In this document: positions 42,026-52,554 of the stretch, piece after piece
How the letters are laid out: the number at the start of each line of letters is the position of its first letter
How positions within the stretch are numbered: the stretch's first letter is position 1
NCBI GenBank assembly: GCA_963676565.1
Contig: OY781089.1
Coordinates: 2,784,001-2,848,000, forward strand
Origin: Halarcobacter sp.
Lineage (GTDB): Bacteria > Campylobacterota > Campylobacteria > Campylobacterales > Arcobacteraceae
Direction of reading: 5' to 3'
Length of the DNA stretch: 64,000 bases
Notes under the pieces: generated by a model
What the model was told of the DNA's origin: nothing
What the model saw: only the letters and a program-made list of their open reading frames with translations
Databases searched by the model: none
Program-made: the position numbers and the translations under genes

Positions 42026-43273
42026 TCATAATCTCCCATCAGTTTCATCTAAAATAGATTTAATATCATAAACAACAGTATCATCTGTAGGTTTGATATC
42101 TAAACTCTTAAACTCATCATGTGATACAGCAAGTACAACAGCATCATAAGTCTTTGAATCCATATTTTCTTGAAGTTCTAAATTGTATTCATGTTTTACT
42201 TCATCTTTATCTGCCCATGGGTCATAAACATCTATATTACATCCAAACTCTTTTAATTCCTCAATTACATCTATTACTCTTGAGTTTCTTATATCTGGAC
42301 AATTCTCTTTAAATGTAATACCTAAAATAAGAACATTACTCCCTTCTATTCTATGACCTTTTTTTATCATTAGTTTTATCACTTGATTAGCTACATATAT
42401 TCCCATATTATCATTTAGTCTTCTTCCTGCTAATATAATCTCTGGGTTATAACCTATTGATTGTGCCTTATGAGTTAAATAGTATGGATCTACTCCTATG
42501 CAGTGTCCGCCAACTAATCCTGGTCTAAATGGTAAGAAGTTCCATTTTGTTCCTGCTGCTTCTAGTACATCATTTGTATTAACACCAAGTTTATTAAAAA
42601 TAATTGCAAGTTCATTTACAAATGCTATATTTATATCTCTTTGAGAATTTTCTATTACTTTTGCAGCTTCTGCAACTTTAATAGTTGGAGCTAAGTGAGT
42701 TCCGGCAGTTATAATTGAAGAGTATAAATCATCAACTATTTTACCAATCTCTGGAGTTGAACCAGAAGTAACTTTAAGAATTTTTGTTACTGTATGTTCT
42801 TTATCTCCTGGATTAATTCTTTCAGGAGAATATCCACAGAAGAAGTCTTTATTAAATTTTAAATTTGAAAACTTTTCTAATACAGGAACACAATCTTCTT
42901 CTGTAGCCCCTGGATAAACTGTAGATTCATAAATTACAATATCATCTTTTTTTAAAACTTTCCCAACAGTTTCACTAGCTTTTATTAAAGGAGTTAAATC
43001 CGGTCTTTTATTTTTATCAATTGGAGTTGGTACTGTTACAATATAAATATTACAATCTTTTATATCATCAATATCACAAGTAAATTTAATATTATTATTC
43101 AAAGCTTCTTTTAATTGAGTTTCATTTAATTCTAAAGTTCTATCGTATGCATTATTTAATTCATCAATTCTTGTTTGATATATATCTAATCCTACTACAT
43201 CATATTTAGATGAAAATGCAGCTGCTAAAGGCAAGCCTACATATCCTAGACCAATTACACAAATCTTATTCAT
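42026..43273 (-). CDS. UDP-HexNAc C6 dehydrogenase (TviB/WbpO type)
   Basis: [27 protein letters not shown] and [14 protein letters not shown] 43273 (AAGGA upstream) preferred over 43309. Confidence 0.92.
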   Translation of the reverse strand: MNKICVIGLGYVGLPLAAAFSSKYDVVGLDIYQTRIDELNNAYDRTLELNETQLKEALNNNIKFTCDIDDIKDCNIYIVTVPTPIDKNKRPDLTPLIKASETVGKVLKKDDIVIYESTVYPGATEEDCVPVLEKFSNLKFNKDFFCGYSPERINPGDKEHTVTKILKVTSGSTPEIGKIVDDLYSSIITAGTHLAPTIKVAEAAKVIENSQRDINIAFVNELAIIFNKLGVNTNDVLEAAGTKWNFLPFRPGLVGGHCIGVDPYYLTHKAQSIGYNPEIILAGRRLNDNMGIYVANQVIKLMIKKGHRIEGSNVLILGITFKENCPDIRNSRVIDVIEELKEFGCNIDVYDPWADKDEVKHEYNLELQENMDSKTYDAVVLAVSHDEFKSLDIKPTDDTVVYDIKSILDETDGRL

Positions 43274-43301
43274 ATTTATTTTTCCTTTTTTATTACTTGT
43301 T

Positions 43302-44357
43302 TTATCCAAAAAATTCTAAGTACCAATCAACAAACTTATTGATTCCTTCTTGTACTGGAGTTTCAGGTTTATATTCTAAATCTTCTACTAAATCATTTAC
43401 ATCTGCGTATGTTGCTGGTACATCTCCCGCTTGTAAAGGCATAAAGTTTTTCTCTATTGTTTTTCCTAATTTATTTTCTATAGCTGTAATAAAGTCCATT
43501 AATTTTACAGGGTTATTATTTCCAATATTATAGATTTTATAAGGAGCTGATGAAGTTGATGTTTCATGGTTCCAATTAGGATTTGCTTTTGGAGGATTAT
43601 CTATTACTCTAATAATACCTTCAACAATATCATCAATATATGTAAAATCTCTTAACATTTCACCATTATTAAAAACATCTATTTTTCTTCCTTCTAGTGC
43701 TGCTTTAGTAAAAAGGAAAAGTGCCATATCAGGTCTTCCCCAAGGCCCATAAACTGTAAAGAATCTAAGACCAGTAGTTGCTATTCCAAAAAGATGGGAA
43801 TATGTATGAGCCATAAGTTCATTTGACTTTTTAGATGCAGCGTATAAAGATATTGGATGATCTACATTATGATTTGTAGAGAAAGGTAATTCTTCATTTA
43901 GACCATATACTGAACTTGAAGATGCATAAGATAAATTTTTTACATCATTATGACGGCAAGATTCAAGGATATTCATAAAACCTATAATATTTGAATCCAT
44001 ATAAGCATCAGGATTTGTTAAAGAATATCTAACTCCAGCTTGTGCAGCAAGGTTACACACAGCATCAAACTTTTCTTGAGCAAAAAGTTGCATCATTGCT
44101 TCTTTATCTTCAAGGTTTAGTTTGATAAATTTATAATTAGGATTAGTTGATGAAGTTATTAGTTTCCCGTAAGGGATACTAGGACCTTTTTCTAAAGAAT
44201 CAATAATACCATTTCTTTGCAGTCTTCCATATTTCACATCTTGGTCATAGTAGTCATTGATATTATCTAATCCTATTATCTCATCACCTCTTTCAAGTAA
44301 CTTTATTGCTAGGTGTGATCCTATAAATCCTGCTGTTCCGGTTACTAATATTTTCAA
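43302..44357 (-). CDS. UDP-uronate 4-epimerase-like NAD-dependent epimerase (copy 1)
   Basis: [23 protein letters not shown] and [15 protein letters not shown]. Confidence 0.9.
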   Translation of the reverse strand: MKILVTGTAGFIGSHLAIKLLERGDEIIGLDNINDYYDQDVKYGRLQRNGIIDSLEKGPSIPYGKLITSSTNPNYKFIKLNLEDKEAMMQLFAQEKFDAVCNLAAQAGVRYSLTNPDAYMDSNIIGFMNILESCRHNDVKNLSYASSSSVYGLNEELPFSTNHNVDHPISLYAASKKSNELMAHTYSHLFGIATTGLRFFTVYGPWGRPDMALFLFTKAALEGRKIDVFNNGEMLRDFTYIDDIVEGIIRVIDNPPKANPNWNHETSTSSAPYKIYNIGNNNPVKLMDFITAIENKLGKTIEKNFMPLQAGDVPATYADVNDLVEDLEYKPETPVQEGINKFVDWYLEFFG

Positions 44358-45370
44358 TTTGTTTTCCTTTTTAAAGTTTCAATAAAATATATAAAAAGCA
44401 CTATGAAAATTGATAAAATAAAAGCTGTCAAAAATGAAACTATAACCATTAATTCTTTCTTTGTCTTTATTAAATTATTATTTAACTGAATGCTTCCTAC
44501 CACTTCACTATTTTTTGCACTATTGTTTGTTAATTTTAACTTTTCTAATTCTATTTGATCCTCTAAATCAGAAATTTGATTTTTTATATCAAACTCAAGT
44601 TTTCTTTTTAAATTTGGTATTTTTTCATTTTGAAGCTTTAAATACTCTTTATTTAAGTTTTCTATTGTATTTTGAAGATTTAATATTAGATTCTGATTAT
44701 TTAATATTTGCATTGCAAACAACATATTTTGTGTATCACTTAAACTTCTTCTTTTAGAAACATCATTAATATTATTTTGGTATTCTTTTAATTTTTCTTT
44801 ATTAAAGTTTAGTTTATTTTCTAAAAGTTTTAATGCTACATCTTCCAAAAACTTTATTTGTTCTTGAATTTCTATTTTATTTACCTTTTCAATAAATATT
44901 TTTCTTTTTTCTAATTTTTTAATTTTCAAATTTAACTTTAATATGTATTCATCTATTTTATACTTATATTCATTTACCAGAAAAGATACTACTTCTTTAT
45001 TTTTTAATACAGCTTGCTCTTTTGAATAGCTCTGTGTATATATTTCAAGAAAATTATTTACTTTTTTTACTGTTGTAATATTAGAAACAATAGCTTTTTC
45101 TTTTGAAATATGATTTTTATTTTCTACATCAAAAATAAGCTTTAATTTTTTTTCTAATACCTTACTATCTTCTATTAAATTTTCATTTAAATGACCTATT
45201 TTTACAACAGATTTGACTTCATAAATAGGAGATAAAGAAAAAGAGTAAATAATTGTTAATATAGTTATAATTGATACGAAAACAACTATAAATTTTCTTG
45301 ATTTCCATATTATCCTAAAGAATTCCTTTAAATCTATCTCATTTTCTTCTATATTTAGTTTGTCTTTCAA
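44354..45370 (-). CDS. wzz: Wzz chain-length determinant
   Basis: EIDLKE motif; N- and C-terminal TM helices around a coiled coil. Confidence 0.85.
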   Translation of the reverse strand: MKDKLNIEENEIDLKEFFRIIWKSRKFIVVFVSIITILTIIYSFSLSPIYEVKSVVKIGHLNENLIEDSKVLEKKLKLIFDVENKNHISKEKAIVSNITTVKKVNNFLEIYTQSYSKEQAVLKNKEVVSFLVNEYKYKIDEYILKLNLKIKKLEKRKIFIEKVNKIEIQEQIKFLEDVALKLLENKLNFNKEKLKEYQNNINDVSKRRSLSDTQNMLFAMQILNNQNLILNLQNTIENLNKEYLKLQNEKIPNLKRKLEFDIKNQISDLEDQIELEKLKLTNNSAKNSEVVGSIQLNNNLIKTKKELMVIVSFLTAFILSIFIVLFIYFIETLKRKTN

Positions 45371-45600
45371 TTTATTTTCCTCTTCTTATCATCACTATTC
45401 ATATCTCTAATGCAAATCTTATTTTTTATATCTTCTAGAATAGATTATAGTTACTATTATTGTAAAAAGTTTTTTCTTGTAGAATTTACATTTAAAGTTA
45501 TTTGAGAATCATTAGAAGTAAATGAAATTACATAATCAGCATTTACATATGTTTCTTTTAAGAAGCATACATATTTAATACCGGCTATGACAACTTTCAA
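45367..45600 (-). pseudogene. Collapsed remnant of a UDP-glucose 6-dehydrogenase (ugd-like) gene
   Basis: RBS plus TTG 45600 gives MKVVIAGIKYV..KETYVNADYVISFTSND; a second frame gives LEDIKNKICIRD. These resemble the Ugd N-terminus, mid-Rossmann region and C-terminus. Confidence 0.6.
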
Positions 45601-45652
45601 TTTATTTCCTTTTAAATGCAAAATTATTTATATAATAAAGTTATATTATATC

Positions 45653-46942
45653 CTATTTTAAATTATTAAAAGATTTACTTTTAATTTCAAATATATAGTT
45701 TTTAGAATTTGATAAAAATAATCCTAAAAAAAAGGCAAAAAGTCCTACAACTTTTGAGTTATGATAAATATTATCTGTTAAGCTATAAATTAAAAAAACC
45801 AAACTAAAAAGATATATAAAAAACTTAGTATTATTGTCAGTTTTTAATCTAAAAAGATAAATAAATATTAAAATAAATAAAATTAAAGCAAAAACCCCGC
45901 CATCTAGCCAAATTTGCAGATATTGATTATGGACGTGTGGTTCTTTAGTAATTGATAGTTTTTCAATGTCTGTATTTTCTATATAAGTAATGAACTTATG
46001 TCTAGTATCTCCCATTCCTAAACCAAATATAATATTTTGCGGACTATCAAATAAAAGAGAAAAACTAGTTTCATATAGACTTAATCTAATTCCCGTTGAT
46101 GTTTTATAATTATTTTCATTAATAATAGAATTTATATCAGAATAAACAGCATCAACTCTTTCCTTAAATTCATGACTAACATTATATGTACTAAAAATTA
46201 CAATACTTAAAGATGTCAATAAAATTATAACAACCTTTAAAAAATTTAATTTTTTTATACTAATCAATTTATTAGCTAATACATAGGCAAATAAACTTAA
46301 TATTATCAGATAACTATTTCTTCCACCAATTATAATAATATTAAGAATAAAAACTAAAGTAATAGAAACTAAAATAATTTTATAAAATAGTTTTGTATTA
46401 AACTTTGTGTAAAAATATATACAGGTAATTACACCTAAAGATAGAGAAAAAGAAGATGCAATTCTATGTAAACCAAAAGGTCTTCCTCTTTCGCCACGAT
46501 AAAAATCAAATGTAAGGCCTAAATAATATATAGAAAAAAAACAAAGTTGAATTAAAAATGCTATTAATACCCACTTTAAAAAATCTTTTTTTAATGATGT
46601 AGAAATAAAAATTGCCATTAGAAAATATTGAATAGGTTTATCAACTAAATACACATAACCATTTGAATACTTTGCATACCAAAATCCATTTTCAATACTT
46701 GAACTTAAAAAAGTTAATGAGAATAAAAAACAGCATAATATTAATAGATAAATTAGTATTATTTTTTGTTCATATAACTGATTAAATTTCTCTTTAAAAT
46801 TGCCTTCTATTATCCAAAGTAATGTAGCTAAATATATACATAATCTATGTAGTCCACTATCAACTAAAAAAGTTAAAGCAAAGACTATAAAGACTATATT
46901 TAATAATATTGATATGTAATTTTTATTTATTTTAAATTTCAT
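45653..46942 (-). CDS. waaL: O-antigen ligase
   Basis: Multi-TM protein with STGIRL, FGLGMG and HVHNQYLQ. Confidence 0.85.
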   Translation of the reverse strand: MKFKINKNYISILLNIVFIVFALTFLVDSGLHRLCIYLATLLWIIEGNFKEKFNQLYEQKIILIYLLILCCFLFSLTFLSSSIENGFWYAKYSNGYVYLVDKPIQYFLMAIFISTSLKKDFLKWVLIAFLIQLCFFSIYYLGLTFDFYRGERGRPFGLHRIASSFSLSLGVITCIYFYTKFNTKLFYKIILVSITLVFILNIIIIGGRNSYLIILSLFAYVLANKLISIKKLNFLKVVIILLTSLSIVIFSTYNVSHEFKERVDAVYSDINSIINENNYKTSTGIRLSLYETSFSLLFDSPQNIIFGLGMGDTRHKFITYIENTDIEKLSITKEPHVHNQYLQIWLDGGVFALILFILIFIYLFRLKTDNNTKFFIYLFSLVFLIYSLTDNIYHNSKVVGLFAFFLGLFLSNSKNYIFEIKSKSFNNLK

Positions 46943-48014
46943 TTTTATTTTTTTCTACATAATTAATAAATTTTTTTTTGATTTCGACTTTATCAAAACA
47001 TTTCGTATAATCTTCATGAATTTCAGGATAACTTATTAATGCTTTATTTATATTAATTGACATTTCTTCAGCATCATTAACTTTTGATAGATATTTACTT
47101 AACTTATTAATTAGAAGTTCCCTTGGACCAGTATCACAATCTGTACTTACAACAGGTGTTTTAAGAATTAAACTCTCTACAATTACTCTAGGTAAGCCTT
47201 CTCTATCTGAGCTTAAAACTAATAATTTAGCGTTTTTTATATAAGGATATGGATTTTGAGCAAATGACTTAAAAATAATTCTCTCTTTTTCAATATTGAA
47301 TTTTTTAATTAAATTTAATATATCTTTATTTTCAGCTGTACCAAGAAGGAAAAGCTTTATTTTTTTGTCTTCTATTTTTGAAAAAGCTTCTAATAAAATA
47401 TCTTGTCTTTTTTTCCTTATTCCTGAACCTATTTGTATAATATATTCTGTTTTTGGTATATCTACTTTTTCTAAAGCTAGTTGTCTAATTTTTTCTTTAT
47501 CAAAGGGATTATAAATTGTTTCAATTTTTTTAGGGTTAATAAATTTACATATGTTTTTTTCAGTATCTTTTGATATTGTAATTAAATTCTGATTATCAAA
47601 AAGTTTTTTGTATAATCTTTTTCTCTTTTTATATCTAAAAGATGATTTTTCTTTTAATGTTTCAAGTTCTTGTGAGATATCAACTCTCATATAAAATATT
47701 TTTGGAAGGTTTATAAATCTTACAATTTTTGCAGTAACTTCCATATGTGAAATAACTAAATCAACTTGAAGTTCATTCAATAACTTTTGAAGCTTTTTAG
47801 ATAAAAGATAATCCCCAAGTAAATCAAACTTTTTATATATTTTTTTATCTTCAGATAATGAATATGTTTTAATATCAGGTATATCATAATTCCTTTTATT
47901 CTCAAGTAAAATAAGATGATTATCAAAGGTATCCTCAGTAGCTCTTATTAAGTCAATAGTACTCCTTTGACCACCACCTTTTCCTAAATTCACAATTACA
48001 TGAGCAATCTTCAT
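46932..48014 (-). CDS. GT4 glycosyltransferase (LPS core)
   Basis: GGGQRS, SDREGLPRVIVES and DCDTGPREL. Confidence 0.9.
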   Translation of the reverse strand: MKIAHVIVNLGKGGGQRSTIDLIRATEDTFDNHLILLENKRNYDIPDIKTYSLSEDKKIYKKFDLLGDYLLSKKLQKLLNELQVDLVISHMEVTAKIVRFINLPKIFYMRVDISQELETLKEKSSFRYKKRKRLYKKLFDNQNLITISKDTEKNICKFINPKKIETIYNPFDKEKIRQLALEKVDIPKTEYIIQIGSGIRKKRQDILLEAFSKIEDKKIKLFLLGTAENKDILNLIKKFNIEKERIIFKSFAQNPYPYIKNAKLLVLSSDREGLPRVIVESLILKTPVVSTDCDTGPRELLINKLSKYLSKVNDAEEMSININKALISYPEIHEDYTKCFDKVEIKKKFINYVEKNKNEI

Positions 48015-49087
48015 ATTTCATTAACCAATTTTTCTAATTCTTTGTATACTGTTTCTTTTTTAAATTTATTAATATATTCTTCTTTAATTATTATATTAGA
48101 TTCTAATGCTAAATCAATTTTTTTAGCCATTTCTTCAGGGTTTTCCATAGGAACTAACCATTTTTCTAGGTCTTCTACTAATACTTCAGAAGGTCCAGTT
48201 GGACAATCTGTACTTACAACGGGTGTATCTAAAACTAATGATTCTACAACCACTCTAGGTAAACCTTCCCTATCAGAAGAGAGAACAAGAAGTTCAGCAT
48301 TTTTTATATATTTATATGGATTTTGTTTAAAACCTAAAATAATAACTTTATCTTCTAATCCTCTTTCTTTAATCATTTTTATAATTTTTGGTTCACTTTT
48401 AACAAGTAATAAAAGTTTAATATCATGTTTGATTAATTTAAAGGCATCAAGTAATACATCATGTCTTTTTTGTTTTTTAAATGCTGCAGGAGATATAATA
48501 TATTTATAGTTTAATTCAATATCTTCTTTACCCTTATTTCTTATTTCTTCAAAATCAAAAGGGTTATAAATCGTTTTTACTTCTTTATAATCAATTTTTA
48601 AATCTTTAAAGTCTTCAATCATTGCCTCTGATACAGTAATAAGTTTTTCATTTTTATATAGAAATCTATAAAGTTTTAACTTTTTAGTTGCTCTTTTTTT
48701 ACTAAATCTTTCTAATTCAGCTTTTAAAGACATATGAATTGTAAAATATTTATTATTATGTTTTAGTAATTTAACAACTCTATCAGCCCTTGGTAAATGT
48801 GAAAAAACTATATCAAAACTTACTTTTGTTTTTTTCATTTCTCTTTCTAAAATTTTCATATAAATATAATCACCAATTTTACCAAAGACTTTAAATGTAT
48901 TTCTATATTTTGTTAATGAAATTATAGGAAAATTAAACTCTGATACATCATAGCTTTTAGAATCTTCAATTAAAAACATATAAATATTATGACCATTTTT
49001 TTCTAGTATTTTAGCTCTATTTAAAACTGACTTTTGTGCACCACTACCTTTAAGATCAGTTATAACAATTGCAATATTCTTTTTCAC
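48011..49087 (-). CDS. GT4 glycosyltransferase (LPS core), paralog of the neighbouring gene
   Basis: SGAQKS, SDREGLPRVVVES and DCPTGPSE. Confidence 0.9.
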   Translation of the reverse strand: MKKNIAIVITDLKGSGAQKSVLNRAKILEKNGHNIYMFLIEDSKSYDVSEFNFPIISLTKYRNTFKVFGKIGDYIYMKILEREMKKTKVSFDIVFSHLPRADRVVKLLKHNNKYFTIHMSLKAELERFSKKRATKKLKLYRFLYKNEKLITVSEAMIEDFKDLKIDYKEVKTIYNPFDFEEIRNKGKEDIELNYKYIISPAAFKKQKRHDVLLDAFKLIKHDIKLLLLVKSEPKIIKMIKERGLEDKVIILGFKQNPYKYIKNAELLVLSSDREGLPRVVVESLVLDTPVVSTDCPTGPSEVLVEDLEKWLVPMENPEEMAKKIDLALESNIIIKEEYINKFKKETVYKELEKLVNEI

Positions 49088-50073
49088 TTACAAATTACCT
49101 TTTTAATTTCATCATAAACTCGTTGAGCTGGCGAATAATCTATTTCATTAAACTTTTCATCTAAAGTTAAATTATCAATATCTTCTACACTCAAAGAGAT
49201 TAAATATTTCTTTTTTGTTAAATTATTCATAAAGATAGTAAAAATTTTATCAAGATTTTTATTTTTAGAAAATATTGAATATACTTTCTTTTTAGATAGA
49301 ACTGACTCAGTAATCATACTTCCACTATCTTCTGTACAAAATACTACATCAGAGTTTTTTAAAAAATATTTTACAACTTTTTCAGGTTTTTCATTATAAA
49401 AAACCGCCTTTTCAAAAAGTTCTTTTTTCTTAGACACTAATAATTTAATTTTAGATTCTACGTCAATTGGCGTCCTTCTTGAGGTAGTTAGAAATATCTT
49501 AAAATTTTTCTTTTCAGCTAATAAAGTCAACTTTTCTACAATAGTATAAAACTCATCATTTGTAAAATTGTAATTCTTTGTAGCACCACCAATTAAGATT
49601 GAAAAAAACTTTCCAGACAATTCTTTTTCTGCTATATCAATATTGATAGGAGCTATATCAACAAGAATTTCATTTTTAAAACCATTATCAACTATTGAAA
49701 CTATATTTGTAAAATGATTGGGTTTTAATCCTCGTAAAGAACTACAATAAAAATTTGGGATATTAAAATATCTTGAAATCAATATATTCAATAAAGCAGT
49801 ATCTCCACCTGTTGAAATTAAAAAATTATATTTTTTTGATTTATCAATTTGAAAATTTCTATATAATATTTTTATCAAAATAGAAATTATTGTTCTATTT
49901 AAAGGTAAAAAATTAACTAGATAAACTCCTATTTTCATCAAAGCCTTTATTCTTCTTTTTGCATAAACTTCATTAATTTTTAAATCATGTTTTTTTTGAA
50001 TATAACTTAATAGTCCTTTTGATATTGATTCATGGCCTGCTTTTTTATCAGTAACTAAAATTACATTTAGCAT
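49084..50073 (-). CDS. ELM1/GtrOC1-family putative glycosyltransferase
   Basis: DKKAGHESIS, LIGG, TTSRRTP and TEDSGSMITE. Confidence 0.82.
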   Translation of the reverse strand: MLNVILVTDKKAGHESISKGLLSYIQKKHDLKINEVYAKRRIKALMKIGVYLVNFLPLNRTIISILIKILYRNFQIDKSKKYNFLISTGGDTALLNILISRYFNIPNFYCSSLRGLKPNHFTNIVSIVDNGFKNEILVDIAPINIDIAEKELSGKFFSILIGGATKNYNFTNDEFYTIVEKLTLLAEKKNFKIFLTTSRRTPIDVESKIKLLVSKKKELFEKAVFYNEKPEKVVKYFLKNSDVVFCTEDSGSMITESVLSKKKVYSIFSKNKNLDKIFTIFMNNLTKKKYLISLSVEDIDNLTLDEKFNEIDYSPAQRVYDEIKKVICK

Positions 50074-50723
50074 TCTTTATACTTTTCATTTAATCTTTTT
50101 GCAATTAGATCATAACCTGCATCATTTATATGGGTTTCATCTAAGTAGAAATTATCTAAATTTTTTTCAAACTCATCATATAAATTAACTTTTTGACAAT
50201 TTTTATTATTAGCTGAAATTTCGTCTAAAATAGAGTTATATTCTTTTATATAAACATTCCTTTTTAAGTCTTTATTTGGAACTGTATCTATTAAAAAAAC
50301 CAGTTTATCTTTAGAGTCATTTACTATTTTTTCTATATTGTTTTTATATTCTTCAGGTGAAACAGAGAATTTACTACCTAAAAGAGTATTTAACCCCAAT
50401 GTTCTTGCAATTTTCTTATATTTTTTTATAAGCTTTCTTCCAAGTTTCCTAAAAAAATTGTCTGGATAATATAAAACATAAGGTGAATATTTAAATGTTC
50501 TCCATGAGTCAACCAAGCCATATTGAATTAGAATAATCTCAATCTCTTTAGACATATTGTCATTGTAAAAATTAATCATTTCTTTTGTTGTACTCATTGT
50601 ATATCCACAATTAATACATTCAAAATTTATTTGTTTTGCAAAACGCTCTGGAAAAGCGTTATTTCTAAAGTATACATCACCTTCTGTATTACAATCACCT
50701 AATGCAAGAATTTTTTTACTCAC
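50067..50723 (-). CDS. SGNH/GDSL-fold protein with GDC in place of GDS
   Basis: ILALGDCNT, IQYGLVDS and DETHINDAGY. Confidence 0.75.
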   Translation of the reverse strand: MSKKILALGDCNTEGDVYFRNNAFPERFAKQINFECINCGYTMSTTKEMINFYNDNMSKEIEIILIQYGLVDSWRTFKYSPYVLYYPDNFFRKLGRKLIKKYKKIARTLGLNTLLGSKFSVSPEEYKNNIEKIVNDSKDKLVFLIDTVPNKDLKRNVYIKEYNSILDEISANNKNCQKVNLYDEFEKNLDNFYLDETHINDAGYDLIAKRLNEKYKEC

Positions 50724-51738
50724 TTTTTAATCCTTTATAAACTTTTATAGTTTCATCAACCATATTCATAACAGTAAAGTTATTTTTTGCAAATTCAAAT
50801 TTTTCTTTAAAATCATCTAGTACTTTATTATAATCTTGTTTAACAAAATTTATCTTTTTTATAATATCATTTACATTATTGAATTCTATAATATATTTAT
50901 CACCTAACATTTTTTTCATATCAGATACAGGAGTAGAAATAAAAGGTGTTTTGCAAAACATTGTTTCAACAAAAGTATATGGAAACCCTTCATTATCTGA
51001 ACTCATTACAAATAAAGATGAGTTTGAAATTATTCTTTTAACTTCAATATTATCTAAAGCACCTGTAAAAGTAATCTTTGAATCAACATTTAATTTTGAT
51101 GCTAATGATTTTAAATTATTTGACTCTGTTCCATCTCCAACTAAGATCAAGTGAACATCCAAACTTTTCATTGATTCAATTAAAAGTTCAAATCTTTTCA
51201 CTTTTGTAAACCTAGCAACACTGCAAATTATAAACTTATTTTTCTCTATATTATATTTTTTATATAAATCCAAATCAAGATTTAATGAATTATCAAAATT
51301 AATACCATTATAAATTGTTACTTTATTAGGATTTTTTAGATTTTCAGAAATTTTATCAGACACAGTTATGGCATAATCACTTTTTTCAAAAGCTTTTAAA
51401 TTTGATTTATAATTATGTAAAGTTGATACAACTTTTATGTCATTTATAAAAGCTCTTATTTTATTTACCATATCTGTAGCTTTATTAGCTTGAGTGTGAA
51501 CTATATCAAATTTTTCTTTTTTTAAAATTTTAAAAAGCTTATAAAGAATAAAAAAGTTGTTTCGCCCTCTAGATAAATCAAGAGGAATAAAATTTATATT
51601 TTTAAAGTGTGGAGCAAAATCTTTGTGAGCTATTACACTTATATCAAAGCCCCTTTTTTTTAGTTGTTTTGATAATTCAATTGTATGTTTTTCTAAACCA
51701 CCATCTTCATTTCCAGCTAAAACTTGGCATATCTTCAC
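50716..51738 (-). CDS. GT4 glycosyltransferase
   Basis: GGLEKH and SDNEGFPYTFVE. Confidence 0.88.
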   Translation of the reverse strand: MKICQVLAGNEDGGLEKHTIELSKQLKKRGFDISVIAHKDFAPHFKNINFIPLDLSRGRNNFFILYKLFKILKKEKFDIVHTQANKATDMVNKIRAFINDIKVVSTLHNYKSNLKAFEKSDYAITVSDKISENLKNPNKVTIYNGINFDNSLNLDLDLYKKYNIEKNKFIICSVARFTKVKRFELLIESMKSLDVHLILVGDGTESNNLKSLASKLNVDSKITFTGALDNIEVKRIISNSSLFVMSSDNEGFPYTFVETMFCKTPFISTPVSDMKKMLGDKYIIEFNNVNDIIKKINFVKQDYNKVLDDFKEKFEFAKNNFTVMNMVDETIKVYKGLKSE

Positions 51739-52553
51739 TTTTTTAATCCTCTAAGCCCTCTTCTTAGCTTTATTTTAAATGCACTCATATTATCTTTACC
51801 ACTAATTGTTATTCTTTTTAATTCGTAAATATTATCATCATTTATATTATCAATACCTTTTTGTGTAGTTGTTGCATTAGTATATCCACTGTTTTTCACT
51901 AATTGTATATCTATATTATCATATAAGCCAAAAGGGTAACAAAATGATCTACACTCAATATTGAAACTTTCTTCAATATTTCTTTTAGACTCTCTTATCT
52001 CATTTAATTTTTGTTCTTTTTGTAATGTTGGCAAGTTATCGTGAGTTAGAGTATGTGAACCAATCTCAATCAAACCTGACTCTATTAGTTTTTCTATTTG
52101 ATTATCACTTAATTTTGGTTCATTTTTCAACTCACCATCATTATTTTTCTTTTTTCTTTTTGAAGACCATTCTCTATCATGTCTGTCTATTACAATATAT
52201 ATTGTTGCTTTAGCATTATATTTTTTCAATACAGGAAATGCATTTGTAAAGTTATCTTCATAACCATCATCAAAAGTTATTGCAATTGATTTTTGAGGTA
52301 AATTATCTTTTTTTTCTATAAGTTCACCCATAGTAAAAAATGCCCACCCATTTTCAGATAAATATTTTATTTGTTTTTCAAATTCTATTGGATCAACTCT
52401 AAGTCCATTAAACTTAGCATTTTTTTTATGATTACTTACCATATGATACATCAAAATTCTCGGATAAGACAAGTCTACTGTCTTAGTCCACCATGCATAC
52501 CTATAAGAATAATATAAAATTATGAGAAGCATGATTATTAAAATATATTCCAA
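51735..52553 (-). CDS. Polysaccharide deacetylase (CE4/NodB) with N-terminal anchor
   Basis: ILMYH, ITFDDGY, GSHTLTH and FCYPFG. Confidence 0.9.
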   Translation of the reverse strand: MEYILIIMLLIILYYSYRYAWWTKTVDLSYPRILMYHMVSNHKKNAKFNGLRVDPIEFEKQIKYLSENGWAFFTMGELIEKKDNLPQKSIAITFDDGYEDNFTNAFPVLKKYNAKATIYIVIDRHDREWSSKRKKKNNDGELKNEPKLSDNQIEKLIESGLIEIGSHTLTHDNLPTLQKEQKLNEIRESKRNIEESFNIECRSFCYPFGLYDNIDIQLVKNSGYTNATTTQKGIDNINDDNIYELKRITISGKDNMSAFKIKLRRGLRGLKK

Positions 52554-52554
52554 T

